Below the pieces are notes generated by a model that saw only the letters and a list, made by a program, of their open reading frames with translations, was not told where the DNA came from and did no database searches. DNA of 64,000 bases, from contig JBDOQK010000012.1 in NCBI GenBank assembly GCA_040437565.1, positions 310,001-374,000 on the forward strand, in the 5' to 3' direction. The translations under genes were made by a program, and so were the position numbers. Shown here piece by piece: positions 1-12,878 of this stretch. Source of the stretch: Albugo candida. Lineage: Eukaryota. Numbering within the stretch: the first letter of the stretch is position 1; each line of letters begins with the position of its first letter.

Positions 1-1586
1 ACGATTTTTTTGTGAGCTGGTGATTCGATACTTTTCGATAGAAATGGTACGAGGATCCGTTCGCACCATTCGGTTCGGCGTTTTGAGTGCATCATACTTC
101 CGGGACATTGGCACTGGTTTCGCACTCAAATCGATGGAAATACAAGATTTTTGGGAGCCTTCGTCTCCGTCTGTATCCAAAGTCTGACTACAACTCAAAG
201 ATTTTTTTGTTTTCTCGGAGCTGGTGGTAAGGCAAGTACCCGAGGCTTTTGTCTCACTCTGACTCATTAAATTCTGAATGGGCTGCAAAAGAAACGTTCG
301 ACTCTGATCGTTCTTCTTGATCTCATTTTCCAAAGCGTTTACGATACTTTGTACAATCTCTTCCTCATACAAAAAGTGAACTTCCTGTTTGGTCGGGTGG
401 ACATTCACATCGATATTTTGCGATGGCATGAGCAAGCTCAAGTATAAAAAAGGATGACATTGCTTGGGTATGTGCATGGAATACATATACTCACACGCAC
501 GTTTAAGAGCTCCACAGCTGACTAACCGATGATTGATGAAGAAAAAGATGTGACCTCGCTTCAGACTGCACAAACACATGTCAAAAGGTGAGAGGTAGCG
601 ACCGAAACAAGAATCAACCTAAAATTCGCGTTGCTGATCAAACCTTCTACCTGACACGGTTCAAGTTTGGCGGTTGTGATTCCATCCATGGCAACAGTGT
701 GCTGGAAGGATAAAAGCTCAGATGCAAGTTTCGTACCGAAAATACTTTGCACGACTTGGCGTGTTTTTCCCAAAGAAGCAGCTTGAACCGTATTGAGAGA
801 ACAATTCATTTCCTGATGCTGAATACACTACCGTCAATGAACAGCCATGACAATAAGAGAACCAACCTTTTTGCACACAAAACCAATTTTTTTCGATGCG
901 AAATGAATCGCATATTTTTGGACAATATCGAGAATCCGCTGATATTGTTCAGCGGCATTTTTCAGCGCTTGACGTCGAGTGGGGAGATTATAAAAGAGGT
1001 CTTCAATCTGTCATATGGAGTTCACGTCTCTTTCACCATTGAGCATCGAGTTATTTACCACAATTAGCGTCCCATCTCTACCGGCACATGGAGCTGGATC
1101 AGAAGCACTTTTTGGGCAACTGGCAATTGGGTTTCCATCTCTATACTTTGCTCTACAAAACACGTCATGGACGGTCCAAGGCAATAAAAGTCACTCCACG
1201 CACCTAAAGGCGCACTCTTGTGTGGACGGCTTGCTGGTGATCGTCACGTGTGCAACATGAGAGATACTCGCGAGCGCTTCTCCACGGAATCCAAACGATT
1301 GAATCCAACAGAGATCTTCAAATTTTTGTATTTTACTGGTTGTGAATCGCTCACATACGATCTTCAAGTCGTCACGATGGATTCCTTTGCCATTATCCTG
1401 AATTTGGATTAGCTTAATGCCGCCTTGACTGATGGTGATGCTTATATTGGTAGCTCCCGCGTCAATACTGTTTTCTAGGAGCTCTTTCACTGCATTCTCA
1501 GGACGATGGATCACTTCTCCTGCTGCAATACGATTCACAACTTGAGCACTAAGACGCTCAATTCGTCGCATGATTAAAGGTTCCAT
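1..1586 (-). CDS. MLH1: DNA mismatch repair protein MLH1 (multi-exon; 3' end runs off the window start)
   Basis: N-terminal GHKL motifs [38 protein letters not shown] and [14 protein letters not shown]. Later exons read [15 protein letters not shown] and FFINNRLV...PFLYLSL...[19 protein letters not shown] at 1586; first GT-AG intron 1203-1153. Confidence 0.95.
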
Positions 1587-1726
1587 TTCCAATAGAGAAA
1601 GGCAGCAGCGCTGACGATATCGTGAATTGTGTTTATTGGATAAATATGGACGTGATGCATTCTTAGTGGCTATTGATGACTATTCTGTCCAATCACAACA
1701 AATGAATCATTCTGTGGTGTAAGAAC
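1587..1726. promoter_or_regulatory. Putative bidirectional promoter between MLH1 and XPNPEP3
   Basis: Only 140 bp separate the divergent ATGs. CCAAT boxes occur in both orientations (attgg 1635-1639; ccaat 1689-1693), with an Inr-like tcatt near 1707. Confidence 0.5.
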
Positions 1727-3333
1727 ATGCGTGTTAGTCTAAACGTGCGCTTTAGCAGCACAAGGACGTCTCACTTGCGACCAATTCCTCGACTCAGTCC
1801 ACTCCTTCAACGCACACAACACCTTCCCGCTCTTTTTGGTCGATTTTACGCTGTATCCGCCGCTAAAAGTCCATTTGAAGTAGCACCATCGGAACTTTTG
1901 CCTGGGCTTTCCAAAGCCGAATTTCGATGTCGCCGCAAACGCTTTTTTGAAAAGCTTCCCAATGACTCTGCTTTTCTTCTCCCCGCTGCTGAAATCAAGT
2001 ACTCTTCAAACGATATTCCGTACGAATTTCGACAAAATTCCAATTTTATGTACTTGACCGGTCTAGAGCAGCCGGACGCTTTGGCTGTGTTTACAAAATC
2101 TCAAGACAAGACGGAGTATCTGTTGTTCCTGCCAGCGCGTGATGCCATTCGGTAACAACCCTGCCAATTTTCTCTCACTGAATTGACTCAACTCGAATTG
2201 GAAAAGCGTAGTGAGCAATGGGACGGCGAACGAGTTGGCTTGGATGAAGCGGTTCATTCTTTGGAAGCTGATGCGGCCTTTGAGATTTCTACAGTACAGG
2301 AGAAGCTTCCGGGGATTCTCAGACACTTGAAGTATATTTACGTCACGCGATCTCGAACTGGAAGTATCTTTCTCCCCCCACCAGTTATACAAGCGCTGAA
2401 TGAGATACGAGGAATTCAAGTCTCGGCTGGCGATGTGCTTATCGATTCTTTGCGATTGATCAAAAGCCTGGAAGAATTAGATCGCATGCGTCTGGCAGCG
2501 GATATTGCGAGTAAAGGCTTTCGGAAAATGATGCATAATTGTGCTGAAGGGATGACAGAATTGGCACTCGCTTCCGACTTTGAAACGACGTGCAAAAAGC
2601 ATGGAGCTCTATGGAATTCGTTTCCTTGTGTGGTTGGTTCCGGGAGAAATGCTGCCGTGATCCATTATCTTTTGAAGCGAAAAACCTTGCAAAAGAGCGA
2701 GTTTGTGCTGGTGGATGCTGGCTGTGAGGTCCCTGGTGGGTATGTGAGTGACATCACGCGAACTTGGCCTGTGAACTCGACTTACTCTTCCGCTCGTCAA
2801 ACTGATCTTTACAACTTCATTCTGGGTGTTCAAGAGGACTGCATCCAGCATCTAGCCCAGCGTGTTCGCGAAAAAGCTCCAATCACGTTAAATGATCTAC
2901 ACGCTTTTTCTGTGAAGCGTATGATTGAAGGCTTGCAGACGTTTGGTATTATTGAACCCTCAGATCCAAGTAGCCATTCCACGCTATCAGATTATCATCG
3001 ATATAATCCCACTCATATCGGACACTATTTGGGCATGGATGTGCATGACACGCCGTCGATCCCAACATCACAGGCGATACAAAATGGTATGGTTTTGACG
3101 GTGGAGCCAGGTATCTACCTTCCATTCAACGATGAACTTATTCCAAAGGAATTTCGAGGCTTTGGAGTGCGAATTGAAGATGATATTATTGTAAGATTTT
3201 GATCATGAGCCTTTTTTATAGCAAAGTCTCATGAACACTGTTTTAGATCGGCCGAGACGATATCGAGATTATCACGAGGGATGTGCCGAAAAAGTTGGAT
3301 GAAATGGCAGAATTGCGTCATTCGCATTGTTGA
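1727..3333 (+). CDS. XPNPEP3: Mitochondrial Xaa-Pro aminopeptidase / intermediate cleaving peptidase (Icp55-like, M24B)
   Basis: R/S-rich presequence; AMP_N motif YEFRQNSNFMYLTG; M24 motifs LVDAGCE, SDITRTWP, HIGHYLGMDVHD, LTVEPGIY and GVRIEDD. Introns about 2152-2211 and 3191-3246; TGA at 3331-3333. Confidence 0.92.
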
Positions 3334-3445
3334 AATAAGCAACCATGCGGCCACGTATATAAACTGCATTTGATGCTGAATGTACACAATCAATCAAAAA
3401 ATTTTGCCAACTTTTGCCTGCATTTGTCCTCGAGGTGTCGTTAAT

Positions 3446-4224
3446 TTAGGTGTCATCCTGCTCGCGGTCTTGACCAAGTTCGTGGTCTGTGGAAACTTCT
3501 GTCATACTCCATTGTTGCAGAACATGGAATTGCATCGTTTGAAAATAAGTGAGTCGCTTACTAGCACATCGAGTGAGTATAATACAAAGATACCAAGTAT
3601 TTACACTTTTCGCACCTAAATTCTTGCAATTGCTTTTGCTTTGATGCTGATTCAGAAGCTTGTGAATGACAAGTATTCTTTGATCGCATTGTATCAAAAG
3701 CTGCGACTTCTCCGCAGATTGGAGCAAGTGGCGTTTTCGTATGACTCATATTTTTCTGAGTGATGCTTAGAACAGCTTCAGTTTCTATATGATGCTTCTC
3801 TCCACTAGATGCATGCTTTTCCCCAGCTTTTACATGTGTCATTTTGGCTTTCACAACCAAAAAATGAAGAATGCTAGAATTCTCCATTGGAATTATAAGT
3901 CCCAACATATCGTTTGGAAACAGAGCAATTGCAACCTGAATGTACTTTCAGTGTTGAAAATGAGGCAATGAAATAGTAGGAGAGCTCATACGCGATCACG
4001 TTGCTTCAGATACTCGGAAAATGTTCTCATTTCTTCCTCCTGATCGGCATTTTTTGATCCTAAAATGCATTGTGCCGACTACAAAAGCAGTATTTAATTC
4101 TCTGATAGATTTCCGTTTTCATTTGATCGAACCGTTCCGTCTATAAGTATCGTCTGAATCTCTTGAGCGCGTGCACGTTTAGATATCCTGATATCTCGTA
4201 TCCTATCGATCGCAAAATGCACAT
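3446..4224 (-). CDS. Hypothetical multi-exon protein with a possible SPOC-like segment and a Cys-rich part
   Basis: Splicing short GT-AG introns gives ...EEEMRTFSEYLKQRDRVAIALFPNDMLGLIIPM..., joining ORF 3561-3908 (FRCEKCK). Boundaries are uncertain. Confidence 0.35.
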
Positions 4225-4483
4225 GAATTCGGGAAAAAATGGTAAAATGAGAAATATTACTGTAAATCTCTTATTCGATTGACATCCTGCTGAGATATTT
4301 TCGGTTCATGCTTCGAATGCGCCTGATGGTGGACGACATGACAGGAAAACAGCAATTTGCTTGCTTTGTATAGTCGGAATTTCATGGATACGCAACTTGG
4401 TCACACCGGTTTTATATCGGTACTCGGTACATGAACCGAGCTGGAAATCGAGCTCGGGTGGACACCAATCGCTACCTTGCAAC

Positions 4484-5266
4484 ATGCCGCAGCACGAGCA
4501 TATTGAGCTGCATAAGAAACGCCATGGGGTGCGTCTCGATCAGCCAGAACGCCACAGGAAAAAAGAAGCTCGTGAGGCTCATCGCCGCTCCCAATTCGCG
4601 CAAAAGGTTCATGGATTGCGTGCCAAGTTGTACAACCAGAAACGGTTCAAGGAGAAAGCTGCAATGAAGAAGACAGTGGCGATGCATCAAGAACGCACAA
4701 ATAAACAAGGAAATGACGATGCAATTCCAGATGGTGCTGTTCCATCCTATCTATTAGATCGTGAAGGGGTATCTAGAGCCAAAATACTGAGTAATACCGT
4801 CAAGCAGAAGCGTAAAGAAAAAGCAGGCAAATGGGCGGTACCGATTCCTAAAGTAAAGCCTATCGCCGATGACGAAATGTTCAAAGTGCTGCGCTCAGGA
4901 AAACGGCGTAATAAGTCGTGGAAGCGAATGATCACAAAAGCAACTTTCGTTGGAGAAAATTTCACCCGAAAACCACCAAAATACGAGCGATTTATTCGAC
5001 CGAGTGCTATGCGCTTCAAAAAAGCACATGTCACACATCCTGAGCTTCAAACAACATTCCAGTTGGCAATAATTGGAGTAAAAAAGAATCCCCAGTCCCC
5101 TTTGTACACCCAATTAGGAGTCATGACCAAAGGAACAATCATCGAAGTTAATGTCAGCGAGCTTGGGCTTGTAACAACGTCAGGAAAGGTGGTTTGGGGA
5201 AAGTATGCTCAGATCACTAATGTCCCGGAGAATGACGGGTGCATAAATGCTGTCCTTCTTGTATAG
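4484..5266 (+). CDS. NSA2: Ribosome biogenesis protein NSA2
   Basis: Single exon running [15 protein letters not shown]...[14 protein letters not shown]...[21 protein letters not shown], 260 aa from ATG 4484. Confidence 0.97.
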   Translation: MPQHEHIELHKKRHGVRLDQPERHRKKEAREAHRRSQFAQKVHGLRAKLYNQKRFKEKAAMKKTVAMHQERTNKQGNDDAIPDGAVPSYLLDREGVSRAKILSNTVKQKRKEKAGKWAVPIPKVKPIADDEMFKVLRSGKRRNKSWKRMITKATFVGENFTRKPPKYERFIRPSAMRFKKAHVTHPELQTTFQLAIIGVKKNPQSPLYTQLGVMTKGTIIEVNVSELGLVTTSGKVVWGKYAQITNVPENDGCINAVLLV

Positions 5267-5343
5267 CTTTCGTGGTAAATTTGACATAGATTCGATACAC
5301 TTTTTAAATTTCAGAATTCTCGAGTCAGAACATTTGCTCACAT

Positions 5344-6678
5344 TCACTTTTCATACCTTTCAAGTAATCCGACGTACGCTAGGCCACTATCCGCACAGGC
5401 AGCGAGTAATGCGTATTTGCCGCCTTCTTTTTGCAATTTGTTGGACGCGGTGTTGACCAGACGACAACCTGTTGCTCCAAATGGATGACCGATTGTCAGG
5501 GATCCTCCCCACGTGTTCAGCTTTTTGCGATCAATACGACCTACAGGCTTATCCATTCCAAAAAGCTCTTTGCAAAACTTTGGCTCGGCCAGCGCATTCA
5601 AGTTGGCTAATACTTGACCAGAGAAGGCTTCATGGATCTCGTAAAAATCAATGTCATCAACGCCCAAATTATGTTTCGCCAGCATCTTTTGAATACCGTA
5701 CGCGGGTCCAAGCAAGAGTTCCTCAAATGGGTCTACCCCAACGAATGCCCAATCTTTCAAAATCGATTTTGGTGTGTATCCCAACTCCAGAGCTTTTGTT
5801 TCCGACATGATCAATGTAGCAGCAGCTCCATCTGACAGGAACGAAGAATTGGCTGCTGTATGTGTCCCATGAGGTTTGATGAATGCTGGTTTCAGAGAAG
5901 AAATCTTCTCAAGCTTTGAATCGGCATTAATTCCATTCTCCTCGGTCGTACCCTTGTATGGAATAATCTCACCGTTGTATTTTCCTTGCGCATGTGCATC
6001 CGCCGCTTTTTTGTGCGCTTCAATTGTATACTCATCCATCTCCTGTCGAGTGACACCAAATCGAGCCGATAAACGATCACTGGAAGTTCCCATCAATTCT
6101 CCAGTATGGAAATTTTGTATTGCTGGTGCTTCTGGTGCCAAATCCCGTAATTTCAATCCTTTGAACAATTTGAGCATTCCTAATAAACCTCCTTTTTTCG
6201 CCTTCGATGCTGCAATAAGACGTTCTCTGATGGGTTTTGAAAACCGAATTGGTACATCTGAAAAGGTTTCTGCACCACCAACAAGAACAACGTCAGCTTG
6301 ATTCGCCAATATTTTTTCCGCGCCCGAACATATCCCTTGACTTGAGGAAATGCAAGCTTGTGTGATTGTGTGTGCAGGCACCGATTTAGGAATTCCAGCA
6401 CCTAGAGATGCCTCCCGTGCAAGATTGGGGGCTCGAACTTCTTGTATGACTGTTCCTGCTAGAACATAATCGATTTTGGCCGGATCAATCGCTGATTTAA
6501 TTAAGAGACCCTTGAATGCATCGCGAAGCAGATCGTAGGCGACAACGTCTTTGTATAATGTGCCAGCTTTAGAGAAAGGGAGGCGTACTCCATCTACAGC
6601 TACAACGCGACGTTGCTGTGCAGCTTGCGAGCTGAAGAAACGGGCGCAAGGAGCAACTCTGAATTGGAAAGATATCAT
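5344..6678 (-). CDS. HADHB: 3-ketoacyl-CoA thiolase, mitochondrial trifunctional enzyme beta-subunit type
   Basis: Thiolase motifs QACISS (catalytic Cys), HEAF, GGSLTIGHPFGATG and AACA; N-terminal presequence ARFFSSQ. Confidence 0.9.
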   Translation of the reverse strand: MISFQFRVAPCARFFSSQAAQQRRVVAVDGVRLPFSKAGTLYKDVVAYDLLRDAFKGLLIKSAIDPAKIDYVLAGTVIQEVRAPNLAREASLGAGIPKSVPAHTITQACISSSQGICSGAEKILANQADVVLVGGAETFSDVPIRFSKPIRERLIAASKAKKGGLLGMLKLFKGLKLRDLAPEAPAIQNFHTGELMGTSSDRLSARFGVTRQEMDEYTIEAHKKAADAHAQGKYNGEIIPYKGTTEENGINADSKLEKISSLKPAFIKPHGTHTAANSSFLSDGAAATLIMSETKALELGYTPKSILKDWAFVGVDPFEELLLGPAYGIQKMLAKHNLGVDDIDFYEIHEAFSGQVLANLNALAEPKFCKELFGMDKPVGRIDRKKLNTWGGSLTIGHPFGATGCRLVNTASNKLQKEGGKYALLAACADSGLAYVGLLERYEK

Positions 6679-6965
6679 TTTCTTTTGAGATCTGATGTGT
6701 ACGATTTAGTGTGGATACCCCATTTCAGTTGGGTGTGTCCCACACCAATGTGATTGAATCAAAGGATAAGGATCGATACTGCCCAATCGTTCCGAACGCT
6801 CACTGATTGTTTGTAGCACTCCATCTGGATATCTTTTAGCACTTTCAACGGCATGACTTTGAACAAGTTGACGAGATGCAATAGACTCATTCGAACGTAA
6901 TACTAAGTTGTATTAAGTCTACTAAGTACGCACGAGTGTTTGGTTTGCAATTATTTCGGATTGTC

Positions 6966-7816
6966 ATGTTTGCCGGAACATTGCGACAGCTCGATCGATC
7001 CCGTCGGACTAGATATAGTGACAAGCTGACCGTACGGTCATTTGGGTACTTGTATCAGCATCAATCTATATTTTTCTTCTATTAACTTGCGTACGGACTA
7101 GACACTATGTGAATTTGATTTTAAAGCAAGACGTTGAAAAGCTGGGAAATAGAGGAGACGAAGTTCGCGTCAAAGCCGGATACGCTCGAAACTATCTATA
7201 TCCAGAAAAGCTTGCTGTATATGCAACTCCTGAAAACCAGAATATTCACAAAATCAATAAAGAATCGCGTGATGAACTTGGCTTAGATAAAGAGCGTGAA
7301 TTACAAAAAGTAATTAAGAAAATTATGAGCATCGAGCTCTTGTTCAAGCGTCATACACCTTCAAAACGAGAAAAGACATTTTCCGGAGCAATTACGTAAG
7401 CAAATTTATCGCATTTTGAATATGCAGCTGATCGCATTTGGAAATTCTTAGCGCACCGATAGTTTCCGATATGCTCTTGAGACAGCATGGGCTTCTTGTT
7501 GGAAGGGCACGTATTCAGCTACCGATACCCATTACGGTAAGCGAATCAAACGCTGTCAATCAACTCTATGCTCTCATTAAGACTGAAAACACAGAATCTA
7601 GGAGATCATGTGATCAAGGTACGCGTGGAGGATCAAGTTGAAAAACAGTATTTGGAGAAAGATGCTACTGCTCACGTCAGTGAGTCGAATGACAAAAAGC
7701 CGCTTGAAATGAATCTTGAAACCAACCAAACCACAGTCGCTATGGAGGAGGCGACAAGCAAGCTAGAATCTGCAAAGCAAATTGTCAATTTGAAAGTGAA
7801 AGTAACTCGGCGATAG
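6966..7816 (+). CDS. Mitochondrial ribosomal protein L9 (bL9m), multi-exon
   Basis: L9 N-domain VNLILKQDVEKLGNRGDEVRVKAGYARNYLYPEKLAV; C-domain remnants FSGAIT and LPIPIT...LGDHVIKV; R-rich presequence exon from ATG 6966. Confidence 0.85.
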
Positions 7817-7889
7817 ATTCTTAAACTAGCTATATACTGTGAACCACTCTAAATACAACAATTGATGCAGATGTCACCAAAAATCTCAA

Positions 7890-10434
7890 ATGACGCGTCT
7901 CAGTCTACTTCATGAGCGATTTATTCACATTCACGAGCTAAAATGCTGTCATACAATGGATTTGATCGCAGCTTTATCATCTGACTATCTGATCACTATA
8001 TATGTAAGCCACTACGCTCTATAATCCCGTGTAAAATGAGCTCAATACGCACATTCAGCGAACAATTTCATGGGCACGCGTGACTCAAATCTCATCTGCT
8101 GATCTCGGCTCGAGCCCTTCTACAATCACATGGAGTCCCGATGGTTTGGTGTACGCAAAACATGAAGATTGTTGATCTTAATCTCTTTGTAGGGTACCGT
8201 CTCGGTATCGGATGTTTGGATGGCAGCATACATATACTCGATATGGAGTCACAAGAACTGGTGCCAAAGCTCGCTGATTGGGAACAATTTGAGAAGCTTT
8301 CCGGTGATAAGTTCCGTCATCAGCGCGAAATCGTGAGCATGCAATGGATTCATTACAATTCGGACATCGCATCAGAGACCAATACTTCGGGATCACGTCA
8401 TATGAAATCGTATTTGGCTATTGTCGAAGAACAGATGCAAAAGAAAAAATATGATAGAGAATACTATCCAGATCCAGACGCTTTGCTCGTCACCGCAGAT
8501 CGCGCCTCTAACGTGAAATTTTGGATGATGGATACGATCTGTTTGTTATCTGTTTGTATTCCCACTCTTCTCACAAAAAGCTCGTTCGGGAGTTCGTTCT
8601 CAATACGCTCCATCGGTGTGCCTGAGAATTCATCAAAATGTTATGCAGTCGGCAACTTTTGTGGAATGGAAGACCATTCCTCACAAAGTGTGATCGTATT
8701 AGATCTTCCGATCCAAGATCGTTCCAGGCTTTCCTCTCTAGCAACTGCAGTGAAACAAGGTCAACTTATCTTTGACAAGTGGAACAGCTGTGTGAGACAA
8801 ATGCAAACAGAGGTCGAAAGTTTTCTTCTATGCCTTCATTCCTTCATACTAAAGTAATTCCAACACAGCTGAACAAAACAAAAAAAGTTTTTGAGATCAA
8901 AATGGGACTTTTGGAGTCGCTGTATTCTAAATATGGTCGCGAGGAGCTGCCTCAGGTGGATCTATTCAGCCTGTACGCCACTGGAACAGCGACTCCCGTT
9001 CTAACACAGTACTTTGCCAACGACCTGAAGGAAGCGGTTCGTACGTTGTCTTACCTCATCACTGGGTTTAATGCTTGGTGTAGAGCGTCTTTCGGATGCA
9101 AAAGGAGATGCTCAGTGGCTTTGCAAAGCTACAAAAAGCAGCAAGATGCATTCTGATTCCTGGTTGTCATGTTCTTCTCCAAGTGTGTAGAAGCTTGTGC
9201 TTTTTATGGCTCGATGGCGATACGCTAGAGGCTTCTCTTGGTGTATCGAAGGAACGGCTTCAGAATCTTATCGATCAACTAGAAAAGTTTCGCTTCACTC
9301 TCGAACACTTTGTCATCGCGACTCAAAGCGCCCAGCAAGATTTCTTTCTGCTTTGTGTATGGCTTCTCGAGCAAGTTGTGATCCACACCAAGAGTACCAG
9401 GGACGCTGAAAGCGAAGAACGAATTCTTGCAGAAGTCCAACGGCACAAAACTGTTTCAAATCAGTGGCAACTTGGTATCTTCCTAGAAAATGCGATCAAG
9501 AAAGCTTTCCTATATCGCGAATATGGGAATAAGTCTATGGAGTTAACATTCGGTAATCCAATTATCCCATTTTTTGTGCCAGACGAGATGCAACGAGAAG
9601 AATGCCTTCAAACTCTGGTCACCTATATCAATGAACTTAGTAAGGAATGGCTCGATATGTTTACGTGCATTGTCCGGGAGCTATCGAGTCAGGCCAAAGT
9701 TGATCTTAAAACCAGCTTGGTATTTGATCAGTGTGAAAACGAATGCACACTCGACTTCGACGTATCAAGTCCAGAAATGGAGTATTTAGATGCCGATGAA
9801 TTTGATGACCTATCACACTGGATGGAGATGGAGGCACGCAAACATCGATGTGACGTGACCAGCCCAATTGTGCGACCCATGCTGAGCATGACTGTTAATA
9901 GCAATCGGCTGTTTGTCTGTCGCTATGCTCAAAATCAATGGGAATATTGCTGTCTTCAGACAGAACGTACAAGTGATCGACTCGTCAAAGCCCGATATTT
10001 TGGACACACAAAAGCGAAAACCAGAGAGCAATTCGTGCTGCTTTTTTCTCGAGGAGAGAAAGCAAATGAGACTTCTCAAGGTAGGTCGAATATATCAGAT
10101 TGGCATAGGTGACACGTGCTTTGATAGACATCGCATGCTTCATCGCTTTAGACTCGAAGGGGTGGAAGCCTTTGATCATGGATTCCGGAGAACAACATCA
10201 GGTTATAGTTCGACTCATACTTGCGTGCTACACGGCTGACAGCTCATCTTGTAGATTCGTTCCATCAATGCCCATCTCTTGGTAGCCACGACAATGGCAT
10301 TCTCTCAAGTGAATGTTCTTAGTAAGAGCTCTGGTGACTTTACGGATCGTCGACTTTGGACCTCGCCAACCAGAGGCATATTGTGTCTTTTGCGCAATTC
10401 AAATCATTTGATTGTTTACGACGCAGAAGAATGA
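7890..10434 (+). CDS. APC4: Anaphase-promoting complex subunit 4, multi-exon
   Basis: Spliced N-terminus CCHTMDLIAALSSDYLITIYRTISW...ITWSPDGYRLGIGCLDGSIHILDME matches the ANAPC4 WD40 pattern. A helical middle region (DLFSLYATGTATPVLTQYF) follows; last exon ends LIVYDAEE* at 10434. Confidence 0.82.
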
Positions 10435-10499
10435 TTTTAAGCAGTCAGAAACCCCGAAATAATACTTTGGCTTTACCGTGCTGACTGATGTTGCAATCA

Positions 10500-11300
10500 G
10501 GTGAAAGACGTGCTTTCCATTACAGCTGGACGTCTAACGGAAAACGTACTTTTTCTTGTGTTATTTATGGCACTTTTAAAAGGAAATGTTGGAGTGGTAG
10601 GGGGACTGTGGTATAGTTTTGACTTGCTGAAACATTGCGATCGGAAAGTAAATTCCGATCGTGCGAAGCAATTAGCGCTGCAACATTATGAATATATGAG
10701 AGGAAAAACTCACCGCTATCTGGCGACCTTTGTTCAACCAGTTTGTTCGTTGAGGATTGGCTGAAGCAACTATTCGTTAAAAGCATTGGAAGTGTTGTAT
10801 GCTCTTGCTGGGTACACTTTCTCATGATAAGTAAGTTTTGACAGGCTCCCTTCAGCTGCCCTGTACAGTACATTTATATTGGCACAGGCAGATCTTCTGT
10901 CAATATATCGATAGGAATATGCGGTGAGGAAAGCTTTCTGTGCACAGGTGCTTCTGAATACGTGATACTTGACGACTTTCTTCAAGAGCTCATCCTGCAT
11001 AGACCACGAAAGAAAAGTGAGAGATCGAAGCGAAGAATGCGTTGGACTAGCGCTAGAAATATCGTCGCTGGTACTAGAGGGTAGTTGGGTGTCAGTATTC
11101 ATGCGGGATGCTTGCAACATTGTCCCGTCAAAATCAAGCCATCATACATTTGTGGTCACCGTCTCGTTGTGCACACAAACAGCTCTTAAGGGCTCGTATA
11201 GCACAGCCAATGTTTTAGCGTCCAGCTGCTGGTTTGAGAATATCAACAAACATTGTTTGCTTGTATCATGATTCGCAATTTAACCACTCAAAGTAATGCT
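10500..11300 (-). CDS. Possible hypothetical multi-exon gene
   Basis: Several open minus-strand segments (e.g. 10770-11120, 10565-10873) with GT/AG-like junctions; no recognisable domain. Confidence 0.25.
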
Positions 11301-11786
11301 TCTTGATGCGCACACGCTCCGATCATTGAGTACCCGATAAAGAATTAAATGTCATGTTCACCGATAGCACGCTACCAAGAATATCAGGCCTACATTCTAC
11401 TTTTGACTTTATATTTTAGCGAAGTATGTGAACATACTCCATTTAGCTGTTTTGGAATGAAATAGGAGTCTAGAATGTATCCAGTTGATAGCGACTGATT
11501 TCGCCCATGTTCTGATTAGGAGGTGGCCAGCGTATCCATAATCAAGACTGAGGACATATCTCTGTACCGCGATTAATCTGCATCAGAGCGTACATGGCAC
11601 AATGTGCGTATCACTTCGACACAGCCGACGCGTTTGTGTACGAAAGTACAAAACGAGCAGCTGATTATTGAGCAACGGTTTAAGCCACCCAAAATCGACA
11701 AATGGACGCATATAAAGACGATTTTCAAAGTAAATGCTCTGAAAAGGGCACGCATGATTCTTTCATCGTGTGTACTACCACATGAT

Positions 11787-12350
11787 TGTAGCTGGAGAAG
11801 CCAAGTCAAGAACATTGGAATACGGCCATGCGCGTGTAACGTTATCTGAAATCGACTATATCGAAAGGGATCTGCTATGCAAGCCACTTGGGAGAAACTG
11901 AAGTTAGTGCTTGCAGTGATGCGGACTGGGCAAGCAACATAGAGAATCGAAGATCAACGTCCGGCATATTAGTGATGATCAACAAGTCTCTAGTCATTTT
12001 CAGTTTAAAACTGCAACAAATCGTCGCCTTAAGTACTGCAGAGGCCGGATATGTTGCGTTGTCATTATGCGTTCAAGAGGTGGCATGGATCAAAGCTTTA
12101 CTATCGGAAATGATGATCTATGTGGACTATCGTGTTGTGATTCACGAAGACAATTAGAGCGTGGTTGCGATTGCCAAGAACGTCGGATACCAAAGTCGAG
12201 CGAAGCATATTGATACCAAATATCATTTCGTTCGAAACAAGTCAAGGCGAAAAATATTGAGCTTCATTACGTCGACACCAAACGTCAACTTGCCGACTGA
12301 GATTGGAGATACTATTGGCTAAATCTAACATCAGGCATTATTCGTCGAGT
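11787..12350 (+). mobile_element. Degenerate Ty1/copia retrotransposon pol fragment (end of RT plus RNase H)
   Basis: Reads LEKPSQEHWNTAMRV*RYLKST...ACSDADWASNIENRRSTSG...VALSTAEAGYVAL...IHEDN*S...RAKHIDTKYHFVR (frameshift) ...YVDTKRQLAD*, with in-frame stops. No LTRs seen. Confidence 0.92.
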
Positions 12351-12878
12351 TTGGCGATAATGATGCGCGTTTAGGTGCTGCACCTCAAAAGGATGGATTA
12401 TCTAAGGATATCCTCGGGATTTTCAGCAATCAATATTATTGGACAAAAAGTGAGAGACTCAGTTCAACGGATTAGGCGAACTTAGGACCTAAGTTAAATA
12501 AAAAGCAAGTACCGTGTGATCAACGCAACTATTTTGGACATCAGCATTTCTTATATCGCTCAAGTACTGTTTCAATATACAGCTTTTAGGGAACAGCAAA
12601 ACGTATAACGAACGACGGTTCCCAACTCAAATGAAATTCAAAATGAGAAAAAATAACGTCTTTAATTAGTAACCTCAACCAAACACGAGCAAAGCGAACG
12701 CACATCTTGCGCAGCAACGACTTGGATTCTAATTATTGTTGTGAAAATGTTACCAACGCAATAACCGTCCGTATCCTTTTATAAATCGGATCTTCTGACC
12801 GACTCATCATTTAGAGCGGTAACGCAAAAGTCGTACTTGCCCATCGAAGATATTCGCGTCGGCAACGAGATATCAGCA

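Noticed and set aside
5472-6301. Antisense ORFs over conserved genes (also over NSA2, VPS11, PF16, MAT and the acyltransferase)
   Set aside because: Shadow frames of real coding sequence with no independent motifs.
6709-6745. Imperfect hairpin upstream of the thiolase gene
   Set aside because: Short and imperfect, with no recognisable ncRNA or tRNA features.
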